A DNA stretch of 64,000 nt from Pseudomonadota bacterium. GTDB lineage: Bacteria > Pseudomonadota > Alphaproteobacteria > Sphingomonadales > Sphingomonadaceae. Location: the NCBI GenBank assembly GCA_046733935.1, contig JBKPQH010000026.1, positions 2,905 through 66,904 on the forward strand, given 5' to 3'. This document shows, piece by piece, positions 29,458-39,094 of this stretch (positions are counted from its first letter, which is position 1; each line of letters opens with the position of its first letter). Below the pieces are notes generated by a model. It had not been told where the DNA came from. It worked only from the letters and a program-made list of their open reading frames with translations, and searched no databases. Both the position numbers and the translations under genes were made by a program.

Positions 29458-30300
29458 TTACTCCGTGAGCAACGGCTCGAATTCTTTCACGAGGCGGTCG
29501 ATCGCAAGCATCTGCGAAAGATAAGGCCGCAGCGCGGAAAGCGGCAAGGCGGACGGCCCGTCGCAAAGGGCTTTGTCCGGGTCCGGGTGGGCTTCGACGA
29601 AGAGCCCTGCAATTCCGAGCGCCATTCCAGACCGCGCAAGCGCTGTTGCTTGATCTCTTCGGCCTCCTGCGCTGTCGCTGCGGCCGCCGGGGTGCTGGAG
29701 CGCATGGGTCGCGTCGAAGACCACTGGCGCGAGCGATTTCATCTCGTCCATCCCGAGCATGTCCACCACGAGGTTGTTGTAGCCGAAGCTCGTGCCGCGC
29801 TCGCAAAGGATGACCCGGTCGTTTCCGGCTTCTCGGCACTTGTCGATGATGTGCTGCATCTCCCTGGGAGCGAGGAACTGCGGCTTCTTCACATTGATCG
29901 CCGCGCCAGTCTCGGCGATCGCCATGACCAGGTCCGTTTGCCGCGCAAGGAAAGCCGGCAGCTGGAGGATGTCGGCGACCTCCGCTGCGGGCGTCGCCTG
30001 ATGCGGCTCGTGGACATCGGTGAGGATCGGGACATCGAAGCGGCGTTTGACGGCGGCGAGGATATTCAACCCCTCGTCCAGCCCAGGTCCGCGGAATGAG
30101 TGGATCGAGGAGCGATTTGCCTTATCGAAGGAGGCCTTGAAGACGTAGGGTATGCCGAGCTCGCGAGTGATCTCCACAAACGCGCTTGCGACTTCCATGA
30201 CCAAATGCTCGTTCTCGATGACGTTGATTCCGCCGATCAGAACGAATGGGCTGCCGTTCGCGAACGTGATTCCGCCGGGGAGACTGACGCTTTCAGGCAA
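29458..30300 (-). CDS. kdsA: 3-deoxy-8-phosphooctulonate (Kdo-8-P) synthase
   Basis: Track ORF 29458..30411 trimmed to in-frame TTG 30300, which sits 8 nt after [18 protein letters not shown]...[11 protein letters not shown]...VKKPQFL...FDATHALQ. Confidence 0.85.
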   Translation of the reverse strand: MPESVSLPGGITFANGSPFVLIGGINVIENEHLVMEVASAFVEITRELGIPYVFKASFDKANRSSIHSFRGPGLDEGLNILAAVKRRFDVPILTDVHEPHQATPAAEVADILQLPAFLARQTDLVMAIAETGAAINVKKPQFLAPREMQHIIDKCREAGNDRVILCERGTSFGYNNLVVDMLGMDEMKSLAPVVFDATHALQHPGGRSDSAGGRRDQATALARSGMALGIAGLFVEAHPDPDKALCDGPSALPLSALRPYLSQMLAIDRLVKEFEPLLTE

Positions 30301-30462
30301 GAGTGGACTCCTCTTCAACTTCTCAAACTGGCGTTTGCGCCGGCAAGCACTGCTGAATCGCCGCGGCCATATCTTTCTTGCCAGGAATTTCCAGAAGGCA
30401 CCCTTTCCCACATCGGGTGAGACTAAAAGCGGACCGGCGCTATCTCTTGGCTCGAGAGCTTA

Positions 30463-31332
30463 TCAAGAAAAGGACCGCAACCGCTGCAGGTAAGCTGCGT
30501 AGTCACCTTTCCCGAGGCGGCCGATTGCGCGGTCGAGGCCTGCCTCGTCGATAAAGCCGCTGCGCCACGCAATCTCTTCGGGACAGGCGATTTTCATCCC
30601 TTGGCGTCGCTGGAGCGTGCCCACGAACTCCGCCGCATCGAGCAATGTGTCGGGCGTGCCCGTGTCGAGCCAGGCATATCCACGACCCATGAGCTCGACC
30701 TTGAGCTGACCGCGATCCAAGTAGGCGCGATTGACGTCGGTGATCTCGAGCTCTCCTCGCGCCGACGGGCGAAGACTGGCTGCGATATCCACGACTTCGG
30801 GATCGTAAAAATAGAGGCCGGTAACCGCCCAGTTCGAGCGCGGCTGCGCCGGCTTCTCCTCGATCGACAACGCCCGCATGCGTTCGTCGAACTCCACAAC
30901 ACCATATCGTTCCGGATCCGCCACCTGGTAAGCAAAAACGGTTGCTCCCGTCGGGTCTTTACTGGGCTGTTGAAGGACATCGGACAGGCCGTGGCCAAAG
31001 AAGATGTTGTCGCCGAGCACCAGGCATGACGGTCCGCCGGCGATGAAATCCGCTCCGATCGTGAAGGCTTGGGCAAGGCCTTTGGGCTCCGGCTGAACGG
31101 CGTACGAAATGGCCATGCCCCAGTGCGATCCATCCCCGAGCAGATGCTGGAAGGCGCCCGCGTCATGAGGAGTGGTAATGACCAGCACCTCGCGAATGCC
31201 GGCGAGCATCAGGGTCGTAAGGGGGTAATAGATCATCGGCTTGTCGTAGACGGGCATCAGCTGCTTCGAGACGGCGAGGGTCATTGGATACAACCGGGTG
31301 CCGCTACCGCCTGCGAGAATGATCCCCCTCAT
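30463..31332 (-). CDS. rfbA: glucose-1-phosphate thymidylyltransferase
   Basis: [18 protein letters not shown]. 289 aa. Confidence 0.95.
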   Translation of the reverse strand: MRGIILAGGSGTRLYPMTLAVSKQLMPVYDKPMIYYPLTTLMLAGIREVLVITTPHDAGAFQHLLGDGSHWGMAISYAVQPEPKGLAQAFTIGADFIAGGPSCLVLGDNIFFGHGLSDVLQQPSKDPTGATVFAYQVADPERYGVVEFDERMRALSIEEKPAQPRSNWAVTGLYFYDPEVVDIAASLRPSARGELEITDVNRAYLDRGQLKVELMGRGYAWLDTGTPDTLLDAAEFVGTLQRRQGMKIACPEEIAWRSGFIDEAGLDRAIGRLGKGDYAAYLQRLRSFS

Positions 31333-32240
31333 GACTGCGATGCTCCCACGAAATTGAGTTCACGCACAAGTCGATGAACGATGTCCGGGATGGAGGTCCG
31401 CCAGTCTGGCAACCGGACGGAATGAATGCGCTCGACCTTCGAGCAGTCGAGGCTCGAATTGAAAGGTCGCTTCGCAGCGGTTGGGTATTCGGCCGTACTG
31501 ATCCTTCGAACTCGAGCGGTCGGGCCATCGATCGAGCCGGAAGCGGAGAAGATCGCTTCCGCGAAATCCGCCCAGGTTGCTTGACCGACCGCCGTCAGGT
31601 GGAAGATGCCTCGCAAATCCGCTTTGTCCGACGCGATGAGGTTGCCTGCGATGCTCAGCAGCCCGGCGGCGATATCCAGGGCACTGGTCGGATTGCCGTG
31701 CTGGTCGGCCACTACCGCAACCTCGTCGTGCTGGGCGCCGATGCGAAGCATCGTCTTGGCGAAATTCGAAGCGAACGGACTGTAGACCCACGCCGTGCGG
31801 ACGATCGCTGAATTGCCACATGCTTCCCGAACGGCCTTTTCCCCGGCCAGCTTCGAAGCTCCGTAGACGCCCGTCGGGTCTGTCTCGTCGCCTTCGACGT
31901 AGGGCCCGGCCTTGCTGCCGTCGAAAACATAATCGGTCGAAAGATGGATCAGCGGCACGTCGAGCGATGTTGCCGCCCGAGCGACAGCGCGCGCGCCGTG
32001 CTCGTTGACGGCGAACGCGACATCCGGCTCCGATTCCGCCCGATCTACGGCCGTATAGGCAGCAGCCGACACGATTACGTCGGGCGAAACGGCGGCAAGC
32101 GCGTCCCGAATTGTCTCGGGATCTCCACGCAGATCGAAGCCAGGCCGGCCGAGCGGCACCACTTCGTATGCCGTTTCGGCAGCACGCTCGATCAGGGATC
32201 GGGCAACTTGCCCTTCTCTGCCTGTGACGGCGATCCGCAT
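31329..32240 (-). CDS. rfbD: dTDP-4-dehydrorhamnose reductase
   Basis: Track ORF trimmed to ATG 32240 ([16 protein letters not shown]). Stop overlaps the rfbA start. Confidence 0.85.
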   Translation of the reverse strand: MRIAVTGREGQVARSLIERAAETAYEVVPLGRPGFDLRGDPETIRDALAAVSPDVIVSAAAYTAVDRAESEPDVAFAVNEHGARAVARAATSLDVPLIHLSTDYVFDGSKAGPYVEGDETDPTGVYGASKLAGEKAVREACGNSAIVRTAWVYSPFASNFAKTMLRIGAQHDEVAVVADQHGNPTSALDIAAGLLSIAGNLIASDKADLRGIFHLTAVGQATWADFAEAIFSASGSIDGPTARVRRISTAEYPTAAKRPFNSSLDCSKVERIHSVRLPDWRTSIPDIVHRLVRELNFVGASQS

Positions 32241-32251
32241 CGAGCGAGAGC

Positions 32252-33310
32252 CTAGGCCCGGCCCTTGTCGAGCAGACCAAGGCGCTGCCCGGAATAGCGT
32301 TCGCGAAGCGGCTGCCACCACCATTCGTTATCCAGATACCACTGCACCGTTTTCTCGATGCCGGTGTCGAAATTCTCCTGGGCGCGCCAACCAAGCTCGG
32401 TTTCCACCTTCGTGGCATCGATCGCGTAGCGCGCATCATGGCCGGGGCGGTCAGTAACGAAGGAAATCAGTTCGTGTCGTGGCCGATTGGCCGGCGCAAT
32501 GGCATCGAGAACCTCGCAGATGCGCTCGACCACGTCGATGTTTCGCCGCTCGTTACGGCCGCCGACATTGTATGTCTCGCCAATGCGGCCGCGATCCGCG
32601 ATGATGTCGAGGGCACGGGCGTGATCCTCTACATAGAGCCAGTCACGCACATTCTCCCCCTTGCCGTACACCGGCAGCTGCTCACCATTGAGCGCGTTCA
32701 GGATCGTCAATGGGATGAGTTTCTCGGGAAAGTGGAACGGCCCATAGTTGTTCGAGCAGTTGGAGACGACGACGGGTAACCCATAGGTTCTGTGCCATGC
32801 CTTCGCGAGATGATCGGCAGAAGCTTTTGACGCGGAGTAGGGAGAGCTCGGATCGTACGGCGTTTCTTCGGTGAAGAGTCCGTCCTGACCCAGGGAGCCA
32901 TACACCTCGTCGGTTGAAACGTGGAGAAAACGAAATTCGGGTCGGCGCTTTGGCTCCAATCCAGACCAATAAGCTCGCGCTGCCTCGAGCAAATTGAAAG
33001 TCCCGATGACGTTTGTCTGGATGAACTCGGCGGCACCGGTAATCGACCGGTCCACGTGACTCTCGGCAGCCAGATGCATGATGCGATCGGGCGCAAATTC
33101 TCCGACAGCACGGTCCATTGCGCTCCGCTCGCATATATTCGCGTGCAGGAAGCGGTAATTGGCCTTGTCTTTCACCGACCTGAGAGAATCCAGGTTGCCC
33201 GCGTATGTTAGCGCATCGATGTTGAGGACTTCATAGCCCTTGTCGAGAACCAGGTGTCTGACGACGGCAGAGCCGATGAATCCGGCGCCTCCGGTGATGA
33301 TCACCCGCAT
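32252..33310 (-). CDS. rfbB: dTDP-glucose 4,6-dehydratase
   Basis: Trimmed to ATG 33310 ([17 protein letters not shown]). [11 protein letters not shown] (YxxxK). Confidence 0.95.
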   Translation of the reverse strand: MRVIITGGAGFIGSAVVRHLVLDKGYEVLNIDALTYAGNLDSLRSVKDKANYRFLHANICERSAMDRAVGEFAPDRIMHLAAESHVDRSITGAAEFIQTNVIGTFNLLEAARAYWSGLEPKRRPEFRFLHVSTDEVYGSLGQDGLFTEETPYDPSSPYSASKASADHLAKAWHRTYGLPVVVSNCSNNYGPFHFPEKLIPLTILNALNGEQLPVYGKGENVRDWLYVEDHARALDIIADRGRIGETYNVGGRNERRNIDVVERICEVLDAIAPANRPRHELISFVTDRPGHDARYAIDATKVETELGWRAQENFDTGIEKTVQWYLDNEWWWQPLRERYSGQRLGLLDKGRA

Positions 33311-33918
33311 GGTCGGCGTTCTACCGAGAATAGAGGCGGCAGATTCGCAAAGCTCGGCAGTCCGCGATCCTTCGCGGAAAGCGTTTCGGGATCTGCCACG
33401 TCCGGCCATTCAATGCCGATCTGGGGGTCGTTCCAGAGCACGCCCATATCGTGTTCGGGGCTGTAATAGTCCGTCACTCGGTAGGTGATGGCTGAATTGG
33501 GCTCGAGCGTACAGAATGCATGCCCGAAACCGATCGGAATCCACAGCTGGTTGAGCTTCTCGGCAGTCAGCACCAAGGAGATCGACCGCCCATAGGTGGG
33601 AGAGTCTCGGCGAAGGTCTACGGCCACGTCGAAGATCGAGCCGGAGATGCACCGCACGAGCTTCCCTTGTGCATGCGGGGCGCGTTGAAAGTGGATCCCG
33701 CGGATTGTCCCAGGGCGAACGCTCAGCGATTGATTGTCCTGGACGAACTCGACGGAACCTGTCCGGCTGACGAGCGGCGCCATTCGCAGGATCTCGGAGA
33801 AAAAGCCGCGCTCGTCGCCGTGTTTTGTCGGCAGGATCTCGAGAGGACCCTCGATGTCGAACTCACGAAATTCCACCCGCTCTCCGAGACCCGTCAGTCC
33901 AGTCCGCCGGTCATACAC
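33301..33918 (-). CDS. rfbC: dTDP-4-dehydrorhamnose 3,5-epimerase
   Basis: [10 protein letters not shown]...IRGIHFQ. RmlC cupin. The start may be an internal GTG (~33876). Confidence 0.9.
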   Translation of the reverse strand: MYDRRTGLTGLGERVEFREFDIEGPLEILPTKHGDERGFFSEILRMAPLVSRTGSVEFVQDNQSLSVRPGTIRGIHFQRAPHAQGKLVRCISGSIFDVAVDLRRDSPTYGRSISLVLTAEKLNQLWIPIGFGHAFCTLEPNSAITYRVTDYYSPEHDMGVLWNDPQIGIEWPDVADPETLSAKDRGLPSFANLPPLFSVERRPCG

Positions 33919-33991
33919 GCTAATTTCCGCATGTGCCCCTCTCTTCGCGGCCCTGGATCACGCCGACACACTCAAGCGGCGCTTGCGGTCG

Positions 33992-34861
33992 TCAGATCGC
34001 CCCTTCTGCGCCGCAGAGCAGCGCCGCGTCACTGCTCAACTCGACTTCGACTCCGGCGTCGACGAGCAGGCACTCCCCGGCTGAAGCACGATCCCGGCCC
34101 GCACGGACATGACCGTTGAGCGGAGCCAACCAGCGGCGACGGTCCACTATCGATGCAAGCATTTGTCCGTGCGACGAGACACGCATCAGAGAGAAGATCG
34201 GACCATTCACAAGGATGCTGTCGGAGTCACCCGACGGACCCGAACCGTCCTGATCGTATGGAGCAGTCGTGGATACCGCGAGAGCCTCCTCGAGATGCAA
34301 TTCACGTGGGCGCCCGTAGTCGTAGAGGCGGTAGGTAACATCGGCGTTCTGTTGAAACTCAAGGAGGGTAATGCCCCCTCCAATGGCGTGGATCGTCCCC
34401 GCCGGAACGTAGAAGAAATCGCCTGCTCGAACGGCCTTCCAGTCCATCAATTCATCGAGAAATCCAGCAGCGGCGGCTTCGCGCAGCTTGGCGACCGAGG
34501 TTTCTTCGCGCAGACCGAGACCCAGTCTCGCACCGGGCTGTGCCTCAAGAATATACCAGCATTCGCTTTTTCCTCGCCGAAGGCCGCGTTCGCGCGCCTG
34601 CACGTCGTCTGGATGAACTTGAACGGAGAGTCTTTCGCTTGTGAAGATGTATTTGACCAGCAGCGGGAGTTTGGCCGAGTTCGGCCCGTCGAACCAGATC
34701 TCGCCGATGCGCCGGCCGGAGGTCTGTCCGAACATGGAAGGAATGGCGGTCCGGCCCCATGGCTTCTCCACCTGCCTTGGAACGAATTTCAATACGCGGC
34801 TCCCAGTGCGTGTGCGACATGCAGTGTCATCGGAAATGGGACGGCAAGCCTGTTGCCGCAA
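33992..34861 (-). CDS. manA: class I mannose-6-phosphate isomerase-like cupin
   Basis: VEKPWGR..IGEIWF...LSVQVHPDD...ECWYIL. TTG start. Confidence 0.7.
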   Translation of the reverse strand: MRQQACRPISDDTACRTRTGSRVLKFVPRQVEKPWGRTAIPSMFGQTSGRRIGEIWFDGPNSAKLPLLVKYIFTSERLSVQVHPDDVQARERGLRRGKSECWYILEAQPGARLGLGLREETSVAKLREAAAAGFLDELMDWKAVRAGDFFYVPAGTIHAIGGGITLLEFQQNADVTYRLYDYGRPRELHLEEALAVSTTAPYDQDGSGPSGDSDSILVNGPIFSLMRVSSHGQMLASIVDRRRWLAPLNGHVRAGRDRASAGECLLVDAGVEVELSSDAALLCGAEGAI

Positions 34862-35064
34862 TCGATGAGTGCATCAAGCACTTCAAACGAGGTGTCACGG
34901 GAGGAGTGCCGGGCCGACGAAAAAATACAAAGCATCGGCAACCCGGCCGGTAGAAAGCCATTGACTGGCACTGCCTCGTTGGTGCTGAAGCGCTGCTGCT
35001 CGAAGACTTGCTTCGAGGTGTCAGATGCAGTTGAATTTCCTGGGAATTGTGAAGGGGCGACCTG

Positions 35065-36003
35065 GTGGACATCAGCGAAGAGCTTGAGCAACTTAAATTG
35101 AGGGTAGCGGCGCTCGAGCAAGGCAAGCCCGATTGGCTTACCGTCAAGGAAATGATCCGTACCAGCGTACTTCAGCCGCCGTTGGACGGACCAACGGTAC
35201 CGGCAACGGTTCCGTTCATGGAACATTCCAACTGCGTTGCCGAGGACTTTGTCCATCCCCGCTACTTCCAGCTCTGCAAGCTGATCGAAGAAGCACCGGT
35301 ATGGCATCGCAAGCAATGGGAATATGTTTTCATCCTGCATCACCTGGATAAGGCGGGGCTGCTGACTTCCGGCCGGCGTGCCGTAGGATTCGGTGTGGGC
35401 CTCGAGCCGTTACCGTCGGCATTTGCTCGTCTCGGCGTTCAGGTACTCGGAACGGATGCACCTTCCGAAATAGGTGAAGCGGCCGGTTGGGCTCAGAACA
35501 AGGAGCACACGAAGGGCTTGGCCGAGATGCGCTTCGCGTGGGTTCCCGAAGATGTGTTCAAGTCCCGCGTATCCTTCCAGGAATGCGACATGAACCAGAT
35601 CGACCCTTCCATTCGCAACTTCGACTTCGCCTGGTCGTCCTGCTGCTTCGAACACTTGGGATCCATCGAAGCGGGGCTGGATTTCGTGCGCAACAGTGTT
35701 GAGTCGTGCCTCAAAGTCGGCGGCGTCGCAGTCCACACGACCGAGCTCAACATGAGTTCCGATACCAAAACGATTGAGGAAAGCCCTGAAACGGTACTTT
35801 ACCGCAGGTCTGACCTCAGCTCATTCCTCGATGAGATGACCTTGCGTGGACATTCGGTCATGCCGTTGCGGATTGCTCCCAACGCCCATGCGCTCGATTT
35901 CTACGTCGACGTTCCGCCCTACAGTCAAAACCCGCACCTGCGGCTCCAGTTGGCTGGTTATGCAACCACGTCAGTTGGCCTGGTCATTCGCCGGGGTCGC
36001 TGA
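35065..36003 (+). CDS. SAM-dependent methyltransferase (polysaccharide-associated)
   Basis: 312 aa. HRKQWEYVFI...AVGFGVGLEPLPSAFARLG (motif I-like)...FDFAWSSCCFEHLG. Visibly lower GC than its neighbours. Confidence 0.65.
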   Translation: MDISEELEQLKLRVAALEQGKPDWLTVKEMIRTSVLQPPLDGPTVPATVPFMEHSNCVAEDFVHPRYFQLCKLIEEAPVWHRKQWEYVFILHHLDKAGLLTSGRRAVGFGVGLEPLPSAFARLGVQVLGTDAPSEIGEAAGWAQNKEHTKGLAEMRFAWVPEDVFKSRVSFQECDMNQIDPSIRNFDFAWSSCCFEHLGSIEAGLDFVRNSVESCLKVGGVAVHTTELNMSSDTKTIEESPETVLYRRSDLSSFLDEMTLRGHSVMPLRIAPNAHALDFYVDVPPYSQNPHLRLQLAGYATTSVGLVIRRGR

Positions 36004-36128
36004 TCCACCGATCGCCGCCGTTGCTGAGAAGGGGTTGCCGGATGGGCTGGGACAATCTCTCACCACCGAGGAGGGGTCGCCGCGGCTCAAGCGGCGGCAG
36101 CCCCTTCGTGTGATAGTTGGAGCGGGGG

Positions 36129-37469
36129 TTAGACTATGGTCGCTGGCGGTTCCGTGTGCCAGCTGGTGGGAGTATGGTACAGCGCAGCGGCGTTCCACGC
36201 GAAGCTTCCGTCGGCTTGCCCCGACCATTGGGAAAGCACGCCCGAATCGTCACGCCACAGGATGTCGTCGCGTAGGTCGCTGTTGTAATCGCCGATGGCG
36301 ACGATGTGCCAGTTGGCTGGCGTCTGGTAGATCGCCGCCGGGTTCCACGCGAAGCTTCCATCCGCCTGGCCGAGCCACTCGGACAGGACTCCACTGTCGT
36401 CACGCCACAGGATGTCGGCTTTGAAGTCGCCGTTGAAGTCGCCGGTGCCGACGACGTGCCAGCTCGCCGGGGTCTGGTAGATCGCATTGGGGTTCCAGGC
36501 GAAGCTCCCGTCGGCCTGGGCCAGCCACTCGGAGAGCACTCCGTTGTCGTCCCGCCACAGGATGTCGTCGAGACCGTCAGCATTGAAGTCGGCGGTGCCG
36601 GCCACGTGCCAGCTGCCGGGCGTCTGATAAATCGCGCTCGGGTTCCAGGCAAAGCTGCCGTTCGATTGGCCGAGCCATTCGGACAGGACTCCACTGTCAT
36701 CGCGCCACAGGATGTCCTGCCGCCCGTCGCCATTGAAGTCGTCGGTGGAGGCGATGTGCCAAGTGCCGGGGGTTTGGTAGACCGCGTTGGGGTTCCACGC
36801 GAAGCTGCCGTTGGGTTGGCCGAGCCATTCGGACACCACCCCAGCGTCGTCTCGCCACAAGACGTCGATACGGCCGTCGGCGTTGAAGTCCGCCGTGCCG
36901 GCAACGTGCCAGCTGCTCGCCGTCTGATACATCGAGGACGGGTTCCAGGCGAAGCTGCCGTTGCCCTGCGCCAGCCACTCCGACAACGTGCCGGAACTGT
37001 CGACCCACAGCAGGTCGCTGCGCCCGTCGCCGTTGAAATCGTTGTTTGCCGGGGCCACCAACCGGATATCGATGCCATTTTGAATGTCGGTGACCACGAG
37101 CCGGCCTGGCCCAATGTTGCTAATCGTTACGGAGCCGCCATTGTAGGTCAGGCCGGTTGCGGTGACGGTCACGTTGGCGGTCTGGGTCGTCAGCCCAGTG
37201 ATCTGGATGTGATCACCGATCTGCAGATCCGTTATGGTGTCACCGTCGAGACCGGACGCAGAGTCCTGGAACGTATCGATGCCGGTTCCACCGGTCAGCG
37301 TGTCTGTGCCAACTCCGCCCGTAAGAATGTCGTTGCCCGGCCCGCCGTCTATTGTGTCATTGCCGCCGTTTCCCTCGAGGGTGTCGTTTCCGTCCAGCCC
37401 GAGCATCGTGTCATCCAGGTCGCTGCCCTTAAGCAGGTCGGTACCGCTCGTCCCCGTAATCGTTGCCAT
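36129..37469 (-). CDS. RTX (hemolysin-type calcium-binding) + FG-GAP/VCBS repeat protein
   Basis: 446 aa, no signal peptide. aa 20-66 are GGxGxD nonapeptides (GNDTLEGNGGNDTIDGGPGNDILTGGVGTDTLTGGTGID). Six DFNGDG-type repeats start at aa 144, 194, 244, 294, 344 and 394. Confidence 0.85.
   Translation of the reverse strand: MATITGTSGTDLLKGSDLDDTMLGLDGNDTLEGNGGNDTIDGGPGNDILTGGVGTDTLTGGTGIDTFQDSASGLDGDTITDLQIGDHIQITGLTTQTANVTVTATGLTYNGGSVTISNIGPGRLVVTDIQNGIDIRLVAPANNDFNGDGRSDLLWVDSSGTLSEWLAQGNGSFAWNPSSMYQTASSWHVAGTADFNADGRIDVLWRDDAGVVSEWLGQPNGSFAWNPNAVYQTPGTWHIASTDDFNGDGRQDILWRDDSGVLSEWLGQSNGSFAWNPSAIYQTPGSWHVAGTADFNADGLDDILWRDDNGVLSEWLAQADGSFAWNPNAIYQTPASWHVVGTGDFNGDFKADILWRDDSGVLSEWLGQADGSFAWNPAAIYQTPANWHIVAIGDYNSDLRDDILWRDDSGVLSQWSGQADGSFAWNAAALYHTPTSWHTEPPATIV
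36150..37040 (-). repeat. six in-frame 150-bp tandem repeats (FG-GAP blades)
   Basis: Exact 50-codon periodicity, counted from the translation. This is a coding repeat, not CRISPR. Confidence 0.85.
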
Positions 37470-37689
37470 TCACTCACCCTTCCGCACAATGAACCCTAGT
37501 CCGGCCGCTGAGACCGCGCTGTGGTTGCTCAGTTCAGTTCGGCGTCAACGGCTCTAGACGAGGAAATATCCTGTTCACTCCGACGTAATTAAAATGAAAC
37601 AATTGCGCCACTTGCACGACATGAGGGTGGCCACCCACCCGTCCCGAGCTGGCACAGCTGACCTCTGATACCGGCAGAGTCAGCGGACG

Positions 37690-37720
37690 AAAAAAAGGGG
37701 CCGGTCCGAAGACCGACCCC
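37690..37720 (-). terminator. rho-independent terminator after the OMP gene
   Basis: Minus strand reads GGGGTCGGTC-ttcg-GACCGGCCCC followed by TTTTTTT. Confidence 0.8.
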
Positions 37721-37746
37721 TCTCATTGCATTCCGAGTGCTTCGAC

Positions 37747-38532
37747 TTAGCCGCGCTCACCACGCTCGACCGGCGCCGGAGGCGGCGGCGGGGGAGGCGG
37801 AGGCGGCGGGCACGTATCCGTCGCCGCGATGACGCTGCCGTCGGGGCAGGTCTGCGTCGCCGGAGGAGGCGGCGGCGGCGGAGGCGGCGGGGGCGGCGGA
37901 GCAGCCTCGGCAACCGACGCACCAAAGAGGTATCCTAGACCGACCAGTCCTACGAGACGGTGGGTGCCACCCGAATTCTGCTTGCGCTTGTAATCCGAGT
38001 AACGACCCTCGAGGCTCGCGTAGAAGCCGCCGCTGATCATCTGGTTGATCCCGGCGCCCCACTGCCAACCATTGACCTTGTAGTGGTTGTAGTAAGCACC
38101 CGGCAGAGCCGAATCGAGCACGCCGGCCGAATTGAACGGCGTGAAGCGCTTCCGCTGCTCATTCCGGACGTAGCCGACCTTGCCGTAGACGAGGGTCGAC
38201 GGGGTGACATTCACGCCCGCCCGAAGCGCGATCGCCCACTCCTCGAACGACTTATGCTCGGCGAGGCCAGGGCCGTCGATCGTGCGGACTTCATTGGGAG
38301 CCCACCAATAGGTGAGTTCCGGCCCAAGCACGAACCCGCCGAGGTCGAAGTCGACGCCGGCAGCGCCGCCGACACCCAGCTTGGTGTGGTGGTCGCCGTC
38401 GGCGTTGAACTGGTCAGCGCCGGCCTGGGCTTCGACGCGGAAGCCGCGAAGGCCCTGGGCATTCGCCTGCTGGGCTGCGAGCACCGAAACGAGCGCGAGC
38501 GCCGTGAAAGTACCTTTACGAAAGAGCGTCAT
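37747..38532 (-). CDS. outer-membrane beta-barrel (OmpA-like/porin-family barrel) with poly-proline tail
   Basis: 261 aa. Signal peptide ...QQANAQG. Alternating aromatic/Gly beta-strand pattern ending LVGLGYLF. Then 13 Pro, ATQTCPDGSVIAATDTC, 11 Pro (counted from codons). Confidence 0.8.
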   Translation of the reverse strand: MTLFRKGTFTALALVSVLAAQQANAQGLRGFRVEAQAGADQFNADGDHHTKLGVGGAAGVDFDLGGFVLGPELTYWWAPNEVRTIDGPGLAEHKSFEEWAIALRAGVNVTPSTLVYGKVGYVRNEQRKRFTPFNSAGVLDSALPGAYYNHYKVNGWQWGAGINQMISGGFYASLEGRYSDYKRKQNSGGTHRLVGLVGLGYLFGASVAEAAPPPPPPPPPPPPPATQTCPDGSVIAATDTCPPPPPPPPPPPAPVERGERG

Positions 38533-39094
38533 TACAATCCCCTTCTTCTGTGAGACGTTTACTTTATGAAATTAAATTTTCGTTCAAACATTTCTCTAAA
38601 TGGTGATCTAACTAAACGATAATTCATTGGGAGCGGCTTGTGAACATCTATTCAGTTACCGACCCGTTACATTCCTACGAAAAGTGTACCTCCAAGTGTC
38701 GCTTACGCAGCAGGCCAGACGCAGAACAGTCAAGGCAAGTTCCATTTAGGTGGCCAAATTTGAAAGTCTGTTGCGGGGATGCAACATTGCGTCAGGGGGC
38801 ACGGGCTGAAGATTCCGGGGAGGGCCTTCAGGCTTGACTGTTTGATTAAATTCAGCGACTTGCCGCGACTGACATACTGGCACTTTAGAAGAGGATAATG
38901 CGCCGCTTCTGGTCGGTGCCAAAGTTTTTCTGCATATTGTTTTCGGTTCAGAAATGAATTTGGCACTGAATCCATGAGGCAAGTCAAAGTGGCTGGTTTC
39001 GCGATGCTCGCCGAACAACGAACCGAGATCCGAGATTTCGGTGCTCGACTTGGCAATGCCGGTCAGTCCTAATCGATTGCGTCTGGGGTGGGAC
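38533..39094. promoter_or_regulatory. AT-rich divergent control region of the capsule operon and the OMP gene
   Basis: 562 bp with no convincing CDS. I counted 42 G+C in 38521-38640 (35%) against 44 of 60 (73%) in 38401-38460. Confidence 0.45.

Noticed and set aside
31360-32439. 359-aa minus-strand ORF overlapping rfbD and rfbB in another frame
   Set aside because: Arg-rich alternative frame of genes with clear RmlD/RmlB motifs.
34109-35343. 330-aa plus-strand and 184-aa minus-strand ORFs around the manA/methyltransferase junction
   Set aside because: Antisense or overlapping shadows. The motif-bearing frames are manA (minus) and the methyltransferase (plus).
36150-37040. Regular 150-bp periodic repeats (also at 58378-59265) as a possible CRISPR or satellite array
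   Set aside because: The period is exactly 50 codons inside long ORFs that encode DFNGDG FG-GAP repeats. There are no spacer-like unique segments.
36306-37499. 397-aa plus-strand ORF (and the 336-aa ORF at 59155..60165)
   Set aside because: Antisense shadows of the two FG-GAP genes. Their repeats simply mirror the coding repeats.
37726-37938. 70-aa Arg-rich plus-strand ORF
   Set aside because: Antisense reading of the poly-proline codons (CCG/CCT read as CGG/AGG).
38533-39094. ops/JUMPstart antitermination element
   Set aside because: I searched the region by eye for GGCGGTAG and found no match.
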